Origin: Streptococcus mitis | GTDB taxonomy: Bacteria > Bacillota > Bacilli > Lactobacillales > Streptococcaceae | NCBI GenBank assembly: GCA_018364455.1 | Contig: JAGZLW010000001.1 | Span: forward strand, 23,956-87,955 | Length of the DNA stretch: 64,000 nucleotides | Direction: 5' to 3' | Shown: piece after piece, positions 11,778-22,892 of the stretch | Layout: the number at the start of each line of letters is the position of its first letter | How positions within the stretch are numbered: position 1 is the stretch's first letter | Position numbers and translations under genes: made by a program | The notes under the pieces: model-generated | The model's input: the letters and a program-made list of their open reading frames with translations, nothing else | Databases searched by the model: none | Told to the model about the DNA's origin: nothing

Positions 11778-12262
11778 TGGCAAAAAAAGTTAAAATCAAA
11801 AAAACATTAGTGGAACAAATCCTATCTAAAGCAGGTATCCCACATCAGGGGATTCAAATCAATGCCCTAGAAGGAGAGCTTCCTCAAGGTTATGGACGAG
11901 ATCAGATTTTCAAAACCTTGGCTCTTTTGGGAGACAAGACAGGACCGATTATTGGAATTGTGCCTATCACTCAGCACTTGTCTGAAAAGAAATTAGCTAA
12001 AATTTCTGGCAATAAAAAAGTGAGCATGATTCCACAAAAGGACTTGGAAAAAACAACTGGTTACATTCATGGAGCAAATAATCCTGTCGGAATTCGTCAG
12101 AAACACAATTATCCCATTTTTATCGATAAAATCGCTCTAGACTTGGATCAAATGATTGTCTCAGCAGGCGAAGTTGGTCACAGTATTATCGTCGCACCAC
12201 AAGATTTGGCTAGCTTTGTAAAAGCTGACTTTGTAGATATATTGGAGGACAGCCAAGAATGA
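11777..12262 (+). CDS. ybaK: Cys-tRNA(Pro)/Cys-tRNA(Cys) deacylase YbaK
   Basis: 161 aa. Recognised as the YbaK/EbsC-type deacylase fold from the overall sequence. Its start overlaps the DUF368 stop (ATGA-type coupling). Confidence 0.8.
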   Translation: MAKKVKIKKTLVEQILSKAGIPHQGIQINALEGELPQGYGRDQIFKTLALLGDKTGPIIGIVPITQHLSEKKLAKISGNKKVSMIPQKDLEKTTGYIHGANNPVGIRQKHNYPIFIDKIALDLDQMIVSAGEVGHSIIVAPQDLASFVKADFVDILEDSQE

Positions 12263-12876
12263 AACTCTACTTTGTCCGCCACGGTCGTACCGTCTGGAAC
12301 CAAGAAGGACGCTTTCAAGGTGCTAGTGGTGATTCTCCCCTTCTTCCTGAATCCATTGAAACCCTAAAACAACTTGGCCAATATCTCAAGGAAATTCCTT
12401 TTGATCAGATTTATTCAAGTGATTTACCTCGAGCGGTCAGATCGGCTGAAATTATCCAAAGTCAACTCCAGACACCCTGTCCTTTAGAAAGCGTCTCTAA
12501 TCTCCGTGAATGGCAACTGGGTAAATTAGAAGGTTTGAAAATCGCAACCTTGGAATCTATTTACCCGCAACAAATCAAAGCTTTTCGATCTAATCTTGCG
12601 CAATTTGACACTCAAATGTTTGGAGCTGAATCCCTCTTTAGCACAACACAACGGACCATTCAATTTATCAAATCACTCAAAGATAGTCCAGCTGAGCGTA
12701 TTCTAATTGTCGGTCACGGTGCCAATCTTACTGCCAGTCTTCGTACTCTTCTAGGATATAAAGAGCCACTTCTTCGTAAAAATGGCGGTCTAGCAAATGC
12801 CAGCCTGACCATTCTAGAAACCCATGATTTTGAAACATTTACTCTCGATACTTGGAATGATACTTCCTATCAATAA
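12259..12876 (+). CDS. histidine phosphatase (phosphoglycerate mutase) family protein
   Basis: 205 aa. 'LYFVRHGRTVWN' RHG catalytic motif and a downstream 'VGHG' His are present. Confidence 0.8.
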   Translation: MKLYFVRHGRTVWNQEGRFQGASGDSPLLPESIETLKQLGQYLKEIPFDQIYSSDLPRAVRSAEIIQSQLQTPCPLESVSNLREWQLGKLEGLKIATLESIYPQQIKAFRSNLAQFDTQMFGAESLFSTTQRTIQFIKSLKDSPAERILIVGHGANLTASLRTLLGYKEPLLRKNGGLANASLTILETHDFETFTLDTWNDTSYQ

Positions 12877-12910
12877 CAGAACTTGATTTTATCGTCAAGT
12901 TCTTTTTAGT
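12877..12910 (+). terminator. rho-independent terminator
   Basis: 'gaacttgattttatcgtcaagttc' hairpin followed by 'ttttta'. Confidence 0.5.
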
Positions 12911-13004
12911 TTTGAAAGATTATCCGTGAATTTCTTGGCTATTTATGATAAAATGGGAGTATCGCAAAAAATGACTCATCGTATTCAATTTTGAGTAAAA
13001 CTAG

Positions 13005-14504
<1,500 letters not shown>

Positions 14505-14507
14505 GCA

Positions 14508-14540
14508 CTTATCCTCTGGTACTTGCCAGAGGATTTTTTG
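14508..14540. terminator. bidirectional rho-independent terminator between convergent lysS and the ABC operon
   Basis: 'atcctctggtacttgccagaggat' perfect 8-bp stem, flanked by T-runs on both strands. Confidence 0.6.
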
Positions 14541-14565
14541 ATGCAAAAAGAGACTGAGTAAAAAC

Positions 14566-15411
14566 TCAATCTCTACTTTTCACTTCTTTGCTTGCTACAT
14601 CGTCACCGAACCATTTCTGGCTGATTTCTTGGAACTTCCCTTCTTGGTAAAGTTGAACAAAAGCTTGGTTTAAAGCTTGTAGTAATCTTTTATCAGCTGG
14701 TCTAACTCCGACTGCAAAAGATTCACTTTCAAATCCAGCTGAAAAGACATTATAGTCATTTAATATCCCCTCAGACTGAAGATAGTAATTAGCATACACT
14801 CGGTCAATCAACAAGGCATCAATTCGATCATTTTTCAAATCAATCAAGGCCTCATTAAAACTCTGGTACTGATTGGCCTTCTGGTCTTTGACACGATTTT
14901 TCAATAAATCTGGCTGTGCCTCAAAGTCTAGATAACCAGAGGATCCGGCTTGGGCCCCCAAGGTCTTATCCTTCATATCCTCTACTGAATGGATCTGCTG
15001 GCTTTTTTTCGTTACCAGAACTTGCTGATTTTCCATATAAGGAATGCTAAAGGCAACTTTCTCTCGGCGTTCATCAGTGGCAGAATAGCCATTCCAGATG
15101 GCATCTATGGTTCCATTTTGCAGTTCCGTCTCCTTCATATCCCAGTCGATTGGCTGAAATTGCACCTTAAAACCTAATTTTTCAGAGACAGCTTGTGCTA
15201 AGTCGATATCAAAGCCCGTATATTGGCCATTCTTTTCTTCAAATCCCATCGGTACAAAGGTATTGTCAAAACCAATGGTTATACTGCCTTGCTCTTGATA
15301 CTTATCCCAGTTATCCTGCTTTGGATCGCTAGCCTTCTGAGTACAAGCCGTTAAAAAGAGAGTCAGGAACGAAACCAATACCAAAGCAATTTTCTTATTA
15401 GTCATCGGCAC
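14566..15411 (-). CDS. amino-acid ABC transporter substrate-binding lipoprotein (polar amino acid / glutamine-binding family)
   Basis: 281 aa. Lipoprotein signal 'LFLTAC' and the family-3 SBP fold. Confidence 0.85.
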   Translation of the reverse strand: MPMTNKKIALVLVSFLTLFLTACTQKASDPKQDNWDKYQEQGSITIGFDNTFVPMGFEEKNGQYTGFDIDLAQAVSEKLGFKVQFQPIDWDMKETELQNGTIDAIWNGYSATDERREKVAFSIPYMENQQVLVTKKSQQIHSVEDMKDKTLGAQAGSSGYLDFEAQPDLLKNRVKDQKANQYQSFNEALIDLKNDRIDALLIDRVYANYYLQSEGILNDYNVFSAGFESESFAVGVRPADKRLLQALNQAFVQLYQEGKFQEISQKWFGDDVASKEVKSRD

Positions 15412-15414
15412 CTC

Positions 15415-16044
15415 CTACTTGGGCTCAACCTTGAGAATCTGATCTGCGATATTTTCAGCGAATTGTAAATCGTGGGTAACCACAATCTGCGTCATCCCAA
15501 GTTTCCTATTTTGCAAGATCAGTTTTTCCACTTCCAAGCGTAATTCTGGATCTAGGGCCGAAGTTGGTTCATCGTAGCCAATGATTTCTGGGTCAATCAT
15601 CATAGCACGCGCCAAAGCTACCCGCTGCTTTTGCCCACCAGATAGTGAGAAAGGATAGGCATCTGCGTGCCCTGCTAGTCCTAACTGTTCCAAGAGATCA
15701 CGCGCCTTCTGCTCAGCCTCATCCTGCTTCATTCCCTTGGTTTTCACAGGAGATAAGGTCAAATTGTCTAGAACTGATAAATGAGGGAAAAGTTGAAAAT
15801 CTTGGAATACAAATCCCAGTAAATTCCGCTTCTCTAATTCATCCAGTCCTAAAGTTTCTCCATTATAAAAGATTTGCCCTGAATCAATGGTTTCAAGACC
15901 CGCAAGCATACGTAAGAGAGTTGTCTTACCTCCACCAGAAGGCCCAACGATAGCCAAGATTTGCTTTTCAGGAATGCTTAGACTGAAATTGGACAAAATT
16001 TGCTTTTCACCAAAACCCTTATTGATATTTCGTAATTCTAACAT
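15415..16044 (-). CDS. amino-acid ABC transporter ATP-binding protein
   Basis: 209 aa. Walker A 'GPSGGGKTT', signature 'LSGGQKQR' and Walker B 'IIGYDEPTSALD' are present. Confidence 0.9.
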   Translation of the reverse strand: MLELRNINKGFGEKQILSNFSLSIPEKQILAIVGPSGGGKTTLLRMLAGLETIDSGQIFYNGETLGLDELEKRNLLGFVFQDFQLFPHLSVLDNLTLSPVKTKGMKQDEAEQKARDLLEQLGLAGHADAYPFSLSGGQKQRVALARAMMIDPEIIGYDEPTSALDPELRLEVEKLILQNRKLGMTQIVVTHDLQFAENIADQILKVEPK

Positions 16045-16053
16045 GGTAGCCTC

Positions 16054-16695
16054 CTATCTATAGTAACTGTACTTCTTCTCAACTTTTTTGGCAAGAATAG
16101 TCACAATACCAATCAAAATCAAGTAAATGGCTCCTGCCAAGAACATAGGAACCAGACTAGCATCACGGTTGGCAGCTGTTCGACTAGCCAAGATAAGATC
16201 TGAAATTCCTAGAGCATAGACCAGAGAAGTATCCTTGACCAAACTCATAACCTCATTAAAGACACTAGGAAGAACGATCTTGGTCACTTGGGGCAAAATA
16301 ATATAGCGCACTGTGGCAAAATGACTGAACTTCAAGACCTTAGCAGCCTCATATTGACCTTTAGGAATGGTATCAATCCCTCCACGGAAAATTTCAGCAA
16401 AGTAAGCCGCATAATTCAAAACAAAGGCAATGATAGCCGCAGGAAGGCGATCTAAACGGATCCCAATACTTGGTAGCACATAATAGATAAAAATCAATTG
16501 CAAAAGCAAGGGTGTGCCCCGCATGATCCAGATATAAATGTTAATAAGATGATGGAGGAGCTTCCAATGGACTTGCAAGGCAAAGGCAATTAAAACGCCC
16601 AAGGGAATAGAAAAAATCAAGACCAGCACAAAAACCTGTAAAGTCATGCTTGCACCGCTCAATAAACTCGGTAATATCTCAAACAAATAAGACAT
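16054..16695 (-). CDS. amino-acid ABC transporter permease (His/Glu/Gln/Arg/opine family)
   Basis: 213 aa. About 5 TM helices and an EAA-like loop 'ASRTAANRDASL'. Confidence 0.85.
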   Translation of the reverse strand: MSYLFEILPSLLSGASMTLQVFVLVLIFSIPLGVLIAFALQVHWKLLHHLINIYIWIMRGTPLLLQLIFIYYVLPSIGIRLDRLPAAIIAFVLNYAAYFAEIFRGGIDTIPKGQYEAAKVLKFSHFATVRYIILPQVTKIVLPSVFNEVMSLVKDTSLVYALGISDLILASRTAANRDASLVPMFLAGAIYLILIGIVTILAKKVEKKYSYYR

Positions 16696-16911
16696 ACTGA
16701 CACCTCCTAAAAATAATTGCTCCTATTATAGCATAAATAAACTAAATAACCAACTATTTTTGTAAAAAAATTCTTTTTTCAATAGAAAAAATACAGTGTC
16801 TTGAAGCTAGAATAGGACAACACGACTTATAAAGCCTTGTTAGAAATTTGATTTGAATTCTCTAATCAATTTGTTCACACTCTATTTCAATATATTATAA
16901 TTTACAAGTAA

Positions 16912-16938
16912 AAGAAAGGGCAAACTTTGCCCTTTCTC
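16912..16938 (-). terminator. rho-independent terminator of the obg transcription unit
   Basis: Perfect palindrome 'aaagggcaaa c tttgcccttt', followed on the minus strand by 'tcttttac'. Confidence 0.6.
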
Positions 16939-16995
16939 GATCTTAGCTTCTATTTGTTACCGTTAACTTGACTGATAATTGGAGTTTTATCTTCT

Positions 16996-17154
16996 TTACT
17001 GTGATGGATTTTCTTTTTTAGCTCGTGCCAATCTCAAGGCACGATTTGGATTGAGACGATTAAATAGTTCTTCCAATTTCTTTTCATTCCAAACATCTGC
17101 AGCGGAAACGAAATTTCCATCCGCATCTCGGAAAGATATCGGTTTATCTCCCAT
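16996..17154 (-). CDS. conserved small protein (52 aa), translationally coupled to obg
   Basis: Not in the ORF track (<60 aa). The ATG lies 9 nt after the obg stop with an 'aggag' RBS. Translation: MGDKPISFRDADGNFVSAADVWNEKKLEELFNRLNPNRALRLARAKKENPSQ. The terminator at 16912 follows it. Confidence 0.45.
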   Translation of the reverse strand: MGDKPISFRDADGNFVSAADVWNEKKLEELFNRLNPNRALRLARAKKENPSQ

Positions 17155-17163
17155 ACCAGTCTC

Positions 17164-18474
17164 CTAGTCTACAAATTCAAACTCAAATTTACCAATGCGG
17201 ACTAAATCTCCATCCTTAGCACCACGCGCACGAAGAGATTCATCAACTCCCATACCACGAAGTTGGCGAGCAAATTTCATGACTGATTCGTCACGATCAA
17301 AGTTGGTCATATTAAAGAGTTTCATCAGTTTTTCACCAGAAAGCACCCATGTCGCATCGTCATCACGACTAATTTCAAAGGCTTTTTCTTCCTCATCAAA
17401 TCCATAATAAGCTTCTTCTTCCATATCTGACTCGTCGTAGAGCAAGAATTCTGGTGTCTTGTCTAACAATTCAGCTGTAGCATCCAAAAGCGTAGCCAAA
17501 CCTTGCTTGGTCAATCCGGAAATTGGGAAGATAGCTGGTAACTCTTCAAATTCATCATAGTTTTCAGCCAATTTTTTCTTAAATTCTTCAAGATTTTCCT
17601 GACTCTCAGGCATATCCATCTTATTGGATACAATAATCTGTGGACGCTCCATGAGACGAAGATTATACGACTCCAGCTCTTTATTGATGGCAAGATAATC
17701 CTCATAAGGATCACGGCCTTCGCTAGCTGACATATCAATAATATGAAGGATGACACGGGTACGCTCAATGTGACGGAGGAACTGAGTTCCCAAACCAACA
17801 CCTTGACTAGCCCCTTCAATCAAACCTGGTAAATCAGCTACTGCAAAGGATTCACCTGATTGGGTGCGAACCATACCTAGATTTGGCACAATGGTCGTAA
17901 AGTGGTAGGCACCAATTTTAGGTTTAGCAGATGTGATAACACTTAAAAGTGTTGATTTCCCTACAGATGGGAAACCTACTAAACCGACATCTGCCAAGAT
18001 TTTTAGTTCCAATTGTAACTCACGTTCCTGACCTGGTTCTCCATTTTCAGAGATTTCCGGTGCAGGATTTTTTGGTGTTGCGAAACGAATATTTCCACGT
18101 CCACCACGACCACCGTGGGCAACGATAAATTCTTGACCATGTTCAATCAAATCTGTCAAAACCTTGCCAGTCTCTGCATCACGAACAGTCGTACCTTGTG
18201 GTACTCGAACTCTAAGGTCCTCAGCTCCACGACCATGCATCCCTTTGGTCATCCCTTTTTCACCAGAATCAGCCTTGAAATGGCGATTATAGCGGAAATC
18301 CATGAGGGTACGTAGACCTTCATCTACAACGAAGATGACATTGCCTCCACGACCACCATCACCGCCCCAAGGACCGCCATTAGGGACATATTTTTCACGG
18401 CGAAAGGCAACCATGCCATCACCACCATTACCAGCCTTGACCTTGATCTTAGCTGTATCTAAAAACATACTCAT
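17164..18474 (-). CDS. obg: GTPase Obg
   Basis: 436 aa. Gly-rich Obg fold '[12 protein letters not shown]', G-domain motifs 'GFPSVGKST' and 'DLPGLIEGA', and a C-terminal OCT domain. Confidence 0.95.
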   Translation of the reverse strand: MSMFLDTAKIKVKAGNGGDGMVAFRREKYVPNGGPWGGDGGRGGNVIFVVDEGLRTLMDFRYNRHFKADSGEKGMTKGMHGRGAEDLRVRVPQGTTVRDAETGKVLTDLIEHGQEFIVAHGGRGGRGNIRFATPKNPAPEISENGEPGQERELQLELKILADVGLVGFPSVGKSTLLSVITSAKPKIGAYHFTTIVPNLGMVRTQSGESFAVADLPGLIEGASQGVGLGTQFLRHIERTRVILHIIDMSASEGRDPYEDYLAINKELESYNLRLMERPQIIVSNKMDMPESQENLEEFKKKLAENYDEFEELPAIFPISGLTKQGLATLLDATAELLDKTPEFLLYDESDMEEEAYYGFDEEEKAFEISRDDDATWVLSGEKLMKLFNMTNFDRDESVMKFARQLRGMGVDESLRARGAKDGDLVRIGKFEFEFVD

Positions 18475-18537
18475 TTTTTCTTCTCACTTTAAAAAAGGGC
18501 TGGGAAATCCCAGTCACTAAATTTTCTTGAATCTATT

Positions 18538-18672
18538 TTATAGATTACTGAGGGCACCAATTGCAGTTGCAAAAATTCCCAATAAACTTGCTACTAGCAT
18601 GATAATCACGATAAACAAGGTTATTTTCTCAAACATAGTTTTTTTACGATTTCCATTATCTCCAAATGCCAT
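18538..18672 (-). CDS. small membrane peptide (44 aa), DUF4044-like
   Basis: Not in the track. Translation: MAFGDNGNRKKTMFEKITLFIVIIMLVASLLGIFATAIGALSNL. A weak hairpin 'ctgggatttcccag' plus T-run follows it before obg. The plus-strand ORF 18527..18712 in the track is its antisense artefact. Confidence 0.45.
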   Translation of the reverse strand: MAFGDNGNRKKTMFEKITLFIVIIMLVASLLGIFATAIGALSNL

Positions 18673-18730
18673 TTTTATCTCCTTCGTTACATTCTATTTT
18701 CTATTATCTTAGCATGAATTGAGCTAGTTT

Positions 18731-18922
18731 TCAATAGTCAGTTGCTACTGGCGCAATAATCCATAAAATGATATAAGCTACAATTCCCGCTCCGTAACAG
18801 AAAGCAAGGACACCCCATATTACGCGAACGATAGTTGGATCTATATCTAGATAATAGGCCACTCCAGCACAAACACCCGCAATCTTTTTGTCACGCCCAC
18901 TTCTCATTAATTGTTTTTTCAT
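18731..18922 (-). CDS. PspC-domain membrane protein
   Basis: 63 aa. 'LMRSGRDKKIAGVCAGVAYYLDIDPTIVRVIWGVLAF' matches the PspC N-terminal domain, and one TM follows. Confidence 0.7.
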   Translation of the reverse strand: MKKQLMRSGRDKKIAGVCAGVAYYLDIDPTIVRVIWGVLAFCYGAGIVAYIILWIIAPVATDY

Positions 18923-18936
18923 AGCTGTTCCTCTTT

Positions 18937-20262
18937 CTATTCTTCATGGTCTTTCCAATAATCTCTTATGCTGATCAACTGTGTTTTTGAAGCCTTCAGC
19001 ATGCGTCTAGAGCCTTTTACGGGTACAGCAACCACCTGTTGCGGTAGATACAAAACTGTTTTAAAAATACGCTGACTGACCGTATCATCTTTGGCTAAAT
19101 CTTTCTGGAAGTTATTTGAAATAATGGCATCCAGATAAAACTCATACACTCGTTTCCCAAAGTTTTCAGCTGAAATCTCGTACAACTTCTCTGATAAAGT
19201 ATGCTCATTCATGTCTGGTGTTGCAATCAGGGCCTCCAGAATAGCTCCAGCCAAATCATGTTCACCGTAATACAAGGTTCCAAACATTTTATCACTGATC
19301 AGATTGTCCAGATAAGGATTTCCATGAGCAATGACAGGCGTTCCACTGGCTAAGCTTTCCAAGTAGGTCAAGCCTTGGGTTTCACTTGTCGATGCCGAGA
19401 TGAAGAAATCCGCCGCCTTATAGTAAAGAGCTGTCTCACTAGGAGCAATCATCCCTGTAAAGACAACAGAGTCTTGAATCTCTAGTTTCTGGGCTTGCTC
19501 TTTGAGGTCATCCAGATAAGGACCATCCCCAGCTACCACCAGTTTAACCTTGTCTTCTTCTTTCAGAACTTCTGCAAAGGCTGCTAATACTGCTTGAATA
19601 TTTTTTTCATAGGAAATTCTGGAAAGACTAAGCAACATCTGTTCATCATCTTGAATCCCTAGTTTACTACGTAGTTCTTTCAGATTTTCCTGCTTGATTT
19701 CTGGACGCTCAAACTTAGCTAATTCAATCCCAGTTGGAATGACTCTCTTTTCCACCTTGACCTTATAGTCAGATAACAAGTCACGGACAATCTCACTCGG
19801 GCAAATAACCCCATCCACATCGTGCAGGAAACCTCTGACCAGATACTTGACCATACTAGGACGAATCAACATCCCCTTGGCAATATAATGCACATAGTCT
19901 TCGTACTGGGTGTGATAGGTATGGATGACTGGAATCTTCAATTCACGCGCAATCCAAATTCCCAACAAGCCAAGAGAAAATTCTGTCTGAGTATGTATAA
20001 TATCTAGTTGATATTGTTTAGCAATTTCAAGCGCCTTGCTGAATCCTCGATAGGCAAAGCGACGATCCTTAAAAGCAAAGAAAGGAACGCTTGGAATGCG
20101 GATAATTTGCCAATCTTCGTAGCGATTGACATCCTTATCTGTCGTCGTAAAGATAAAAACAGCATGTCCCTGCTTTTCAAGTTCGGTTTTCAAGGTTCGA
20201 ATACTGGTCGCAACACCTGAAACCTGAGGAAAATAGGTATCTGTAAATAAACCAATTCGCAT
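18937..20262 (-). CDS. GT4 glycosyltransferase, probable 1,2-diacylglycerol 3-alpha-glucosyltransferase (membrane glycolipid synthase)
   Basis: 441 aa. GT-B fold with the EX7E-type C-terminal motif region 'ASTSETQGLTYLESLASGTPVIA'. It is paired with a second GT4 gene upstream, as in the pneumococcal cpoA glycolipid locus. Confidence 0.75.
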   Translation of the reverse strand: MRIGLFTDTYFPQVSGVATSIRTLKTELEKQGHAVFIFTTTDKDVNRYEDWQIIRIPSVPFFAFKDRRFAYRGFSKALEIAKQYQLDIIHTQTEFSLGLLGIWIARELKIPVIHTYHTQYEDYVHYIAKGMLIRPSMVKYLVRGFLHDVDGVICPSEIVRDLLSDYKVKVEKRVIPTGIELAKFERPEIKQENLKELRSKLGIQDDEQMLLSLSRISYEKNIQAVLAAFAEVLKEEDKVKLVVAGDGPYLDDLKEQAQKLEIQDSVVFTGMIAPSETALYYKAADFFISASTSETQGLTYLESLASGTPVIAHGNPYLDNLISDKMFGTLYYGEHDLAGAILEALIATPDMNEHTLSEKLYEISAENFGKRVYEFYLDAIISNNFQKDLAKDDTVSQRIFKTVLYLPQQVVAVPVKGSRRMLKASKTQLISIRDYWKDHEE

Positions 20263-20277
20263 AGATTACCTCACTTT

Positions 20278-21360
20278 TTACTTTCTCCCTAAAGCGGCTT
20301 GTTTTTCATAAAAGTCCAACCAGATTTGTAACAGATGCTCTTCTGAATACTCTCTAGAAATATTCTTAGCTTTTTCTTTGAGGTCTTTTAAGGCAGCAGG
20401 ATTTGCTTGATATTCCAGAATAGCTTCTTTCATCTCTTCTCTATCTGCTGTCGCCCGATAATTTCCCTCTAAAATTACCTTATAAAGATCTAAATCACGC
20501 AACATAATAGGAGCTTCACAACTGGCAGCCTCTAAAATCGTCATCGGAAAGAGCTCATTGTAACTAGGCAACAAGAAAAGGTCCGCTAGGGCATACAATT
20601 CGCGCATACGCTCTGGTGACACAATACCTGGAAAAATCAAATTTTTAGGGGGATTCTCCATGATTTTCTTGTAGCGTTCATAACCATCTGTCATACCACC
20701 AAAAGAGAAACCACCTGCCCAGATAAAGGTAATTTGCGGCAATTCCTCAGCCAGACGGATAAAATCGTCAATCCCTTTGCGCTTCTGAACTTGACCAGCA
20801 CCTACTACGATAAACTGATTGTCACTAAGACCTAGCTCTGTACGCAGTCTGACTATCTCTTCTTGTGGTAGAGGATGCCATTTTTCCTTGTTTACAAAGT
20901 TAGGAATATAAGTCACTTTTTCACGTGGAATACCAGCTGCGACCAAATCCTCGATAAACATAGGATTGACCACCACCAAGTGCTCCATCCGGTTGTAAAA
21001 AGAAAATACATAGCGTTTCACAATTCCCTTTAAGAAAAATGGAATTTTCAAACTCCCCTCAAGTGTATCAGGTAAGAAATGCACATAGCCAACTTTCCTT
21101 CCTGAGCGTTTCTTTTGGAATGTTGATAAATAATAGGGGAAATCAATGGTATGAAAGTGAGTCACATCTGCCTCTATTGGAAGATTTTCTGTAACAATCA
21201 ATTGGTCCTTGGCATCACGTTGAAGAAGACGAACTAATTCACGGTAAGCACCTGAAACTCCTTGTCCTGCTACTTTCTCACTTGAACTCAACATATTGAT
21301 GCGTAATTTCTTTTTTTCCATAACTACTATTATATCATTTTCTTTGAATAAAATCAGCAA
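20278..21360 (-). CDS. GT4 glycosyltransferase, CpoA-like (alpha-galactosyl-glucosyl-diacylglycerol synthase-like)
   Basis: 360 aa as listed. The likely true start is the internal 'MEKKKLRI' at 21321, giving about 347 aa. 'LLPSYNELFPMTILEAASCEAPIM' is a GT4 motif. The CpoA assignment is by context and size only. Confidence 0.65.
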   Translation of the reverse strand: MLILFKENDIIVVMEKKKLRINMLSSSEKVAGQGVSGAYRELVRLLQRDAKDQLIVTENLPIEADVTHFHTIDFPYYLSTFQKKRSGRKVGYVHFLPDTLEGSLKIPFFLKGIVKRYVFSFYNRMEHLVVVNPMFIEDLVAAGIPREKVTYIPNFVNKEKWHPLPQEEIVRLRTELGLSDNQFIVVGAGQVQKRKGIDDFIRLAEELPQITFIWAGGFSFGGMTDGYERYKKIMENPPKNLIFPGIVSPERMRELYALADLFLLPSYNELFPMTILEAASCEAPIMLRDLDLYKVILEGNYRATADREEMKEAILEYQANPAALKDLKEKAKNISREYSEEHLLQIWLDFYEKQAALGRK

Positions 21361-21436
21361 AAGAAAGGAGAGACTAGAGGAAAAGAGGGGGAAATTTCCT
21401 CACTTTTCCAAGGGTCTCTCACATGCTTTTATATGT

Positions 21437-21778
21437 TTACTTAATGCCTAGGGCAATGCGTGCATAGCGACTCATTTTTTCAACTGTCCAGGCCGGATAC
21501 CAGACTAATTTAACCTCAGTATCCGTTACTTCTGGAACCTCTGTCATGGCATCATAAATCTGATCCGTCAAAAGGTCTGCTAGAGGACATCCCATAGTTG
21601 TCAAAGTCATATCAATCTCTGTTTGCCCTGTGTCGCCATCAAAACGAATCTCATAAATCAAACCAAGATTGACAATATCGATTCCCAACTCAGGGTCAAT
21701 AACTTCTTCCAAGGCTGATAAAATTCGTGTTTTGATGTTTTCAATTTGCTCTTCTGTATAAGCCATATTCATCCTCAC
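21437..21778 (-). CDS. DUF59 / MIP18-family Fe-S cluster assembly protein (SufT-like)
   Basis: 113 aa. 'VIDPELGIDIVNLGLIY' and 'TMGCP' conserved Cys motif. Confidence 0.7.
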   Translation of the reverse strand: MRMNMAYTEEQIENIKTRILSALEEVIDPELGIDIVNLGLIYEIRFDGDTGQTEIDMTLTTMGCPLADLLTDQIYDAMTEVPEVTDTEVKLVWYPAWTVEKMSRYARIALGIK

Positions 21779-21780
21779 TC

Positions 21781-22890
21781 TTAGTCTTCAATAAAATCAC
21801 GAAGCGGTTTGCTACGACTTGGTTGGCGTAGTTTTCTCAAAGCCTTTGCTTCAATCTGACGGATACGCTCACGAGTTACGTTAAAGACTTTCCCCACATC
21901 TTCAAGAGTGCGCATTTTCCCATCATCTAACCCAAAACGTAGACGCAAAACATTTTCTTCACGGTCTGTAAGAGTATCCAAGACCTCATCCAACTGCTCA
22001 CGCAAGACGATACGAGTTGTATAATCCACTGGATTTTCAATCACTTCATCTTCGATAAAGTCCCCAAGGTGACTATCATCCTCTTCACCGATTGGAGTTT
22101 CAAGGGATACCGGTTCTTGAGCAATCTTCAAGATTTCACGAACCTTATCAGGTGTCATATCCATACGTTCAGCGATTTGTTCTGGTGTTGGATCTTGTCC
22201 CAATTCTTGAAGGAGATTACGCTGTTCACGAACCAATTTATTGATGGTTTCAACCATGTGAACTGGGATACGAATGGTACGAGCTTGATCCGCAATAGCA
22301 CGAGTGATTGCCTGACGAATCCACCAAGTTGCGTAAGTTGAAAACTTGAACCCTTTAGAATAATCAAACTTGTCAACAGCCTTCATCAAGCCCATATTTC
22401 CTTCTTGAATCAAGTCAAGGAACTGCATACCGCGGCCGACATAGCGTTTGGCAATAGAAACAACCAAACGAAGGTTGGCTTCCGCAAGACGTTGTTTGGC
22501 TTCGATATCGCCAGCTTCAACAGCAAGTGCCAATTCTTTTTCCTCTTCATTGGTCAAAAGAGGTACGACCCCGATTTCTTTCAAGTACATACGGACAGGG
22601 TCATTGACCTTAGCCGAAGTTGAACCAATCAAATCCTCATCGCTAAGTTCTGGTTCTTCTTCTGCACTAAGAACACGCGCACTTGGATTTCCTTCGTTAT
22701 CTGTGATTGAAATCCCTGCATCCTGGATTCGTTGCAAAAGGTCTTCAATCCCATCAGCATCCAAGGTAAAAGGAACAACTAGACTAGCATTGATTTCATC
22801 GTCTGTTGCTGTCCCTTTTTGTTTATGATTACGGATAAATTCTGCTACTTGTACGTCAAATGTTGTTACTTCTTTTTGTTTTGTTGCCAT
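21781..22890 (-). CDS. rpoD: RNA polymerase sigma factor sigma-A
   Basis: 369 aa. Region 2.4 '[14 protein letters not shown]', and regions 3 and 4.2 '[24 protein letters not shown]' are present. Confidence 0.95.
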   Translation of the reverse strand: MATKQKEVTTFDVQVAEFIRNHKQKGTATDDEINASLVVPFTLDADGIEDLLQRIQDAGISITDNEGNPSARVLSAEEEPELSDEDLIGSTSAKVNDPVRMYLKEIGVVPLLTNEEEKELALAVEAGDIEAKQRLAEANLRLVVSIAKRYVGRGMQFLDLIQEGNMGLMKAVDKFDYSKGFKFSTYATWWIRQAITRAIADQARTIRIPVHMVETINKLVREQRNLLQELGQDPTPEQIAERMDMTPDKVREILKIAQEPVSLETPIGEEDDSHLGDFIEDEVIENPVDYTTRIVLREQLDEVLDTLTDREENVLRLRFGLDDGKMRTLEDVGKVFNVTRERIRQIEAKALRKLRQPSRSKPLRDFIED

Positions 22891-22892
22891 TA

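Noticed and set aside
18527-18712. 61-aa plus-strand ORF
   Set aside because: It is the antisense of the better-supported minus-strand 44-aa membrane peptide (basic N-terminus + TM) that sits in operon order with pspC and obg.
22069-22828. Several ORFs of 72-126 aa inside rpoD on both strands
   Set aside because: Frame shadows of the highly conserved sigma-A gene.
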